Assembly (NCBI RefSeq): GCF_000143415.4
Contig: NW_003314552.1
Location: 1 to 13,436 of the forward strand
Source: Selaginella moellendorffii
Taxonomy: Eukaryota; Plantae; Lycopodiophyta
Reading direction: 5' to 3'
DNA length: 13,436 nt
The notes beneath the pieces were generated by a model. The model had not been told where the DNA came from. It did not search any database and was given only the letters and a program-made list of their open reading frames with translations. Position numbers and translations under genes: made by a program. Positions within the stretch are counted from its first letter, which is position 1, and every line of letters starts with the position of its first letter. Positions 8,441-13,436 of this stretch are shown piece by piece.

Positions 8441-9975
8441 CAGTCAGATTAATTTGAATATTCTTAAAATGGAATATGTGGCGCTGATGCCAAAATAGCA
8501 ACTTTAAATAAAGAGTTTGATGATAAACCGGTTATGGAATACACAAGGCTTGGTTTGGCAAACCATTTTGATTCCAGGCCAAGAGCATTCACAAAGTCCT
8601 CTCATTTTGTTTTGGAAGTAGACCTCTGAACACGTTGCATATAGCATGACCAATTTTCAAGGACAGTGGAGGTTGCAAAACCAACTCTATGCCTCATCTC
8701 AAGTGGCAGTGGCCTTGATGATAGAACCACATAAGATCCATTTTTTATGGATTACATGGTTTAGGTCTATAGCAGCATCCATCACAAGAAGAACATTCTT
8801 TTGGTTCAAAGTCCAAGACTGGACTGATTCTGTAATGAATCTTTTCAAATCTTTAGAGGTCTCCCACTTTCCTAACCTGGTCTTCCACCGGGAGCTTGAT
8901 GTCCAGTCTGCTCCCGGTGGAATTGGGCTATTTGTTTCAAGCACACCGTCTTACGCACTTAGACAACATTCCTGGAAGAAAACACTTAAATGAAACTATC
9001 CACCGTTGCAAAACATATGTTAGAGAAAAATCGAGATCAAAGTAATTGGTGTTTTTCATAACAAGGTAGGGATATTTTCCTGCATGTCTCCCTGCAGCAG
9101 AGAGTATTTTTGAGCCTTGGCATATCCTCCCAGATGGCTGCCATGACCTTGATGCTCTAGACTTGGTGCTCAAATTATCCTTGCTTGGAACTACCGCCAC
9201 TACAGTCTCACCTGGATCTGGGATTGAGCATTGCTGATCTCGTTCATTTTTCTTATGCAAAGAAAAGAGCCAAGATAGAAGAAGGATGTAAGCCAGTCTG
9301 CTGTTTCGCCTCAAATATCTATCCGCAACCGCAAGCCAAGGACACGCTCTTGCTATTACTCTCACGAAAGCTCCTTCCTTGGCAGAGAGACCTATGGTTC
9401 CACCAGAGGCATCTGATAAATTTAGTATTATTTTTCTCACGTCCACAGCACTTCCTTGGCAACGCAAACACAAAGAGCCATTCACTCAGAACTCAAAACC
9501 ACCTCTTTATCATTAGCTCAAAACCAATCCATTCCCATAAAGAAATACAGTTTGCTCAGCCACCTTTCCTAAGCTTAACGATTGCCCTGTCTGATATAGC
9601 TGCACTGCTACATAATTTCATAGGCATTCTTGAAGTCATCTGCAGATCTCAGAGTAGAACGCAACACATTCTGATCCAATACCCTTGACCTCTACATCCA
9701 CCAGTCAACTGATATGCAAGGAAAAAGAGCAGCAAAAGAAAAAAAGGCATGTACCTGTAGAGTTTGATAATTGTATTTGTAGATAGTGTTTCTATAGCAA
9801 ATAGTCTCCAAAACGTAACGTCACTCAACAAAGACAAATTCCTACCTAAGTTTAGAAATAGGATAAATGAAACCGTACCATCTAGATATCAGTCTACAAA
9901 GCATACTTGAGCAAAGCATTCCCTCAATCGATGGAGCAGTTGCAAACCTAGAATTGAAGTGGTACATCCCATTTC
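8441..9975 (-). pseudogene. Unidentified multi-exon gene remnant (segment Y, copy 1)
   Basis: Short GT-AG introns separate exon-like blocks (e.g. SDVTFWRLFAIETLSTNTIIKLY) with many stops. Parts recur at 9988-10812 and 12208-12758. No family is recognised. Confidence 0.35.
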
Positions 9976-10812
9976 CATATGGATATATCTGCTGTTTCGC
10001 CTCAAATTTCTATCCACAACCGCAAACCAAGGACACGCTCTTGCTAATTACAGACACAAAAACTCCTTCCTTGGCAGAGAGCCCTTTGGTCCACCAGAGG
10101 CATCTGATAAAATTAGATTTATTTTTCTCATGTCCACATCGCTTCCTTGGCAACGCAAACACAAAGAGACATTCACTCAGAACTCAGAACCACTTTTTTT
10201 TTCCATTAACTCAAAACAAATTCATTCACATAAAGAAATACAACTTGCTCAGTCACTTTCACTAAGCTTAAAGATCGCCCTGTCTGATATAGCTGCACTG
10301 CTTCATAGCATCATCTGCATTCTTGAAGCCATTCTGCAGATCTCAGGGTAGAAAACAATACATCCTGTGACCTCTACAACCACAAGTCAAGAAAAAGAGC
10401 AGAAACAAAAAAAAGGCATGTAGCTGTAGAGTTTGATAATTGTATTGGTAGATAACGTTTCTATAGAAGATAGTCTCCAAAACGTAGCGTCACTCTACGA
10501 ACAAAGACAAATTCCTGCCTAGGGTTAGAATTAGGATAAATGAAACGTACCATCTAAATAACAATCTCCAAAACAAACTTGAGCGAACTCATTCTTGAAG
10601 CCATACTGCAGATCTCAGGGTAGAGCACAATCCTTCCTGTGACCTCTACAACCACCAGTCAGGAAAAAAAACAACAAAAAAAGGCATATACGTGTAGAGA
10701 TTGATAATTCTATTGGTAGATAACGTTTCTATAGCAGATACTCTACAAAACGTAGCGTTACTCCACGAACAAAAACAATTTCATTCCTAGGTTTAAAAAT
10801 AGGATAAATGAA
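9297..10812. repeat. Nested tandem duplication: ~690-bp unit (starts 9297 and 9988) with a ~220-270-bp subunit present three times (9627, 10319, 10591)
   Basis: tctgctgtttcgcctcaaat occurs at 9297 and 9988. attcttgaag..ctgcagatctcag...ataggataaatgaa occurs three times. Confidence 0.9.
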
Positions 10813-10814
10813 TA

Positions 10815-11516
10815 GGCTGATTGTTGTGTGCCCGGCTCTTAGCATCAGCTCCGCACCAGTCGTCTTTACCTCCCACCATGCCATTGTTTCTGGAAACGCA
10901 AATGAATTCGCAAGTTTAAAACCAGCACAATGTATGTACCTGTGTCCAGAATACAAACGTTGTTTAGATAGGCATTACCACCATCCTCGCCACCCATGAC
11001 AACGAAACAGTTCTTATAGCAAGAGCAGGTGTGGCTATCCTGAGGAATAAGCGAGACTCCAGTGGTAGAAATCTTCTTCCAGACAAAAGTATCTACAGGA
11101 AAAAAAAAAAATAGAAGTAAACAAGGAAAGATAACAGGATATTACTCGTGTTCAAAACATGGAGGTCGTTGTAGGACTCCTACTCTGAGGGATCGCTGGA
11201 TTTCCCACATCCCCCAAACATGAACAGGTTGTCACCGATGAGAGACGTGCTATGTCCTTCTCTCGGAGCAGGAACATCACCAAAAACGTCGGGTTTCCCC
11301 CAGGTGGTGGTAGCTGCATCGGATGATAAGAACAAGAAAAAAAAATCGATAGAACTCGGAGCTTACCAGTATCCAAAACAAAGAGGTTGTTGAGCGGGCT
11401 GGTTCCATCGGTACCACCAAACACATAGAGCTTAGACCCGACGGCCGTTGAGCTGTGGCTGTCTCGAGGAGAAGGGTGCGTTCCTTTTATCACAGGCTTG
11501 CTCCAGGTGTACGTCT
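10815..11516 (-). pseudogene. Kelch-repeat protein pseudogene, copy C (truncated at both ends)
   Basis: Near-identical to 7090-7780 at an offset of about 3.73 kb. In-frame TAG at 11182-11180. It ends inside an exon at 10815, fused to segment Y. Confidence 0.9.
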
Positions 11517-11553
11517 CTGCGCGATACCACCAGAAGAGTGAAGAACCTTGATT

Positions 11554-12208
11554 CTAGTCGTCGATGACAACGTGAATCCCCTCGTTGTCCGAGACGTTGT
11601 CCCTGTCGTGAGCTCCATCCACCATAGCCTCTTCGCCTTTCACTCCCAATCTTCGTCGCATTTCCGAGCAGAGCACGTCGATCTGTCGAATGCACCTGCA
11701 CAGGCGGATGCTGGCGAATTTTTTCCCAGCATAAATCTGGAAGGCGTTGAGCCTGTTATTGCTGATCATCGAGCACAACTATGGTGACACAGAGAAAGCC
11801 GTGAGCCTCTCAAACCTTTGCAAATGGAGAAACAAACACAACCTCGTTGTAATAGGCTGGGACTTTCAGCCGCTTAGGATAGTTATCCAGTGCCGTTCCC
11901 TGGACTTCTTCCGGAGCTGTCCAAAAACGAACGTGTTAGAGTTTTTTCTAGTGTCTAAATCGAAGGAACTCACTCAAAGGTGTTGGATAAGGAACAAATG
12001 TAGGTTGCGGCTTTTGGTAGGAGTTTTTTTGGTCCCTCGCCAGGCTCGACGCCACCGTTGCTGGTTGCTGCAATTGGCCGGAATATCTTGGTCATCCTCG
12101 CAGGGACGACAATAGGGGGGTCGAGACTCTTTTTACCAGATGATATTCTCTGTTGAGTACTTTTTCCATAAGTGTGACTCTTTTCTTCACGAACTCGGTA
12201 ATTCTACG
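11554..12208 (-). pseudogene. PKL: 3'-terminal exons of a PICKLE/CHD3 chromatin remodeller, copy 2
   Basis: An extra upstream piece at 12208-12137 encodes RRITEFVKKRVTLMEKVLNREYHL, closely matching the PKL motif QRRLVEFVKKRVLLLEKAMNYEY as recalled. Exons 12096-11974 (123 bp, out of phase), 11916-11843 and 11778-11554 follow. Confidence 0.78.
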
Positions 12209-12404
12209 AACTCTACAAACAGAGACAAATCCCTTCCTAGGGTTAGAAATAGGATAAATGAAACGTACCATCTACATATCAATCTGCAAAGCATTCCCTC
12301 CCAGTCGATGGAGCGGTTGCAAACCTAGAATTGAAACAGTACCTCCCATATTGCCATCTTGGCCGTCTATATCAATCGTCACAGATTTGGACAGTCAGAT
12401 TAAC

Positions 12405-12529
12405 CATTGAGCTGTGGCTGTCTCGAGGAGAAGGGTGCGTTCCTTTCATCACAGGCTTGCTCCAGGTGTATGTCCCTGCGCAATCCCACCAGAAGAGTGA
12501 AGAACCGATGACAACATGAATCCCCTCGT
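12405..12529 (-). pseudogene. Kelch exon-2 fragment (copy D) plus remnant of the PKL/Kelch junction
   Basis: GTYTWSKPVMKGTHPSPRDSHSS with its acceptor at 12477-12476, followed on the plus strand by gaagagtgaagaacc|gatgacaacatgaatcccctcgt. Confidence 0.85.
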
Positions 12530-12758
12530 AATCCAATCTGCAAAGCATACATAAGCAAAGCATTCCCTCCCAGTTGATGGAGCGGTTGCAAACCTAGAAT
12601 TGAAACATCCCATATTGCCATCTTGGCCGTCTATATCAATCGTCACAGATGTGGATAGTCGGATTAATAGTATCTACCATAAGTAAAATTGAATATTCTA
12701 AAAATGGAATATGTGACGCCGATGCCAAAATAGCAACTTTAAATAAAGAGTTTGATGA

Positions 12759-13436
12759 CTAGCAGAGACCCCAGCTCCGCTGGGAGATATAGCATACCCA
12801 AGATTTTCTTTTCTAATTTTACAATGTTAAAATTTTTGATTATATACAAGTTCAAATGATATTATATCAATTGTTATAAGATATAATTCCTTTCTCTTGA
12901 TATCAATTGTTTAAATGCAAAAGACTGGCATTCTGGCCATGCATAGCTCTACATGACTCAATGCCATACAACTCCATACCATTGGGATGCCTTTGAAGGA
13001 AGACATCACTCGAGCTCTTCAGTCAACTTTGCTCCTGGTTTCAGCAAGACACAGGTGGCCTTGCATCCACAAACAATGAGCTCCTCCTGTACAAGTGCCT
13101 CTTTATGGGGCAAAACCGTCACAAAAAATGAATAAAAGCATTTCAACCCTTTTACCATGTGTTTTAATCTAGGCAGTCATTTGAAAGTGATCAAATAGTA
13201 ACTGCCCAAGTCCTCCAAGTGAGAATGGAATTGAGAGATAACATATAATAAGTAAAGAAAAGATTCTTAATCAGCAAATCAGCAAACATGACAACAGATG
13301 ATGTACCTGCTGACAAATCTTGCAGATGGTGTCCTCTTTTTTGTTGCACCAGTGCTACACATGCGTTTGATGAGCATACTACCAAACACAAAAGAGAGAA
13401 AAAAAATGAGGAAGAGCCAGAAAATTGCTTAGACTC
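12759..13436 (-). mobile_element. Helitron 2 (3' end; element continues beyond the window)
   Basis: Perfect hairpin CCCAGC-GGA-GCTGGG (12784-12770), 7 nt, then CTAG (12762-12759) followed by T. The flank is homologous to 8454-8523, where the empty site reads gatgA|Taaacc. Confidence 0.85.
13307..13378 (-). pseudogene. Captured RING-CH (RINGv/MARCH-type E3 ligase) exon
   Basis: A 72-bp phase-0 exon bounded by AG and GT encodes YAHQTHV*HWCNKKEDTICKICQQ, versus the plant RING-CH consensus [24 protein letters not shown]. Confidence 0.8.

Noticed and set aside
8646-9688. ORFs 8646-8993, 8937-9485 and 9185-9688 as intact genes
   Set aside because: They have no recognisable domains, and where a duplicate exists (9988-10350) the frames are not conserved.
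9297-10812. CRISPR-like or satellite array
   Set aside because: The units are hundreds of bp long, degenerate and contain spliceosomal introns. There is no repeat-spacer structure and no cas gene.

Overview
Land-plant nuclear DNA with very short GT-AG introns (39-73 bp; lycophyte/Selaginella-like by inference). I find no intact gene. The window is a rearranged tandem array of minus-strand pseudogene fragments: four partial copies of a Kelch beta-propeller gene (At1g18610/At1g74150-like), two copies of the 3' end of a PICKLE/CHD3 chromatin-remodeller gene, and several copies of an unidentified intron-containing segment (segment Y). Two Helitron-type elements of one family interrupt the array, each with a minus-strand 3' hairpin + CTAG (at 1692 and 12759). 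The first (probably 1692..5336) carries an RPA70-like OB-fold ORF, a lipase-3-like fragment and other decayed gene pieces. The second runs off the right edge, carries a RING-CH exon, and has its empty A|T target site in a paralogous copy at 8523/8524. I cannot support a new functional system; the most notable biology is Helitron gene capture and exon shuffling within a local duplication hotspot.
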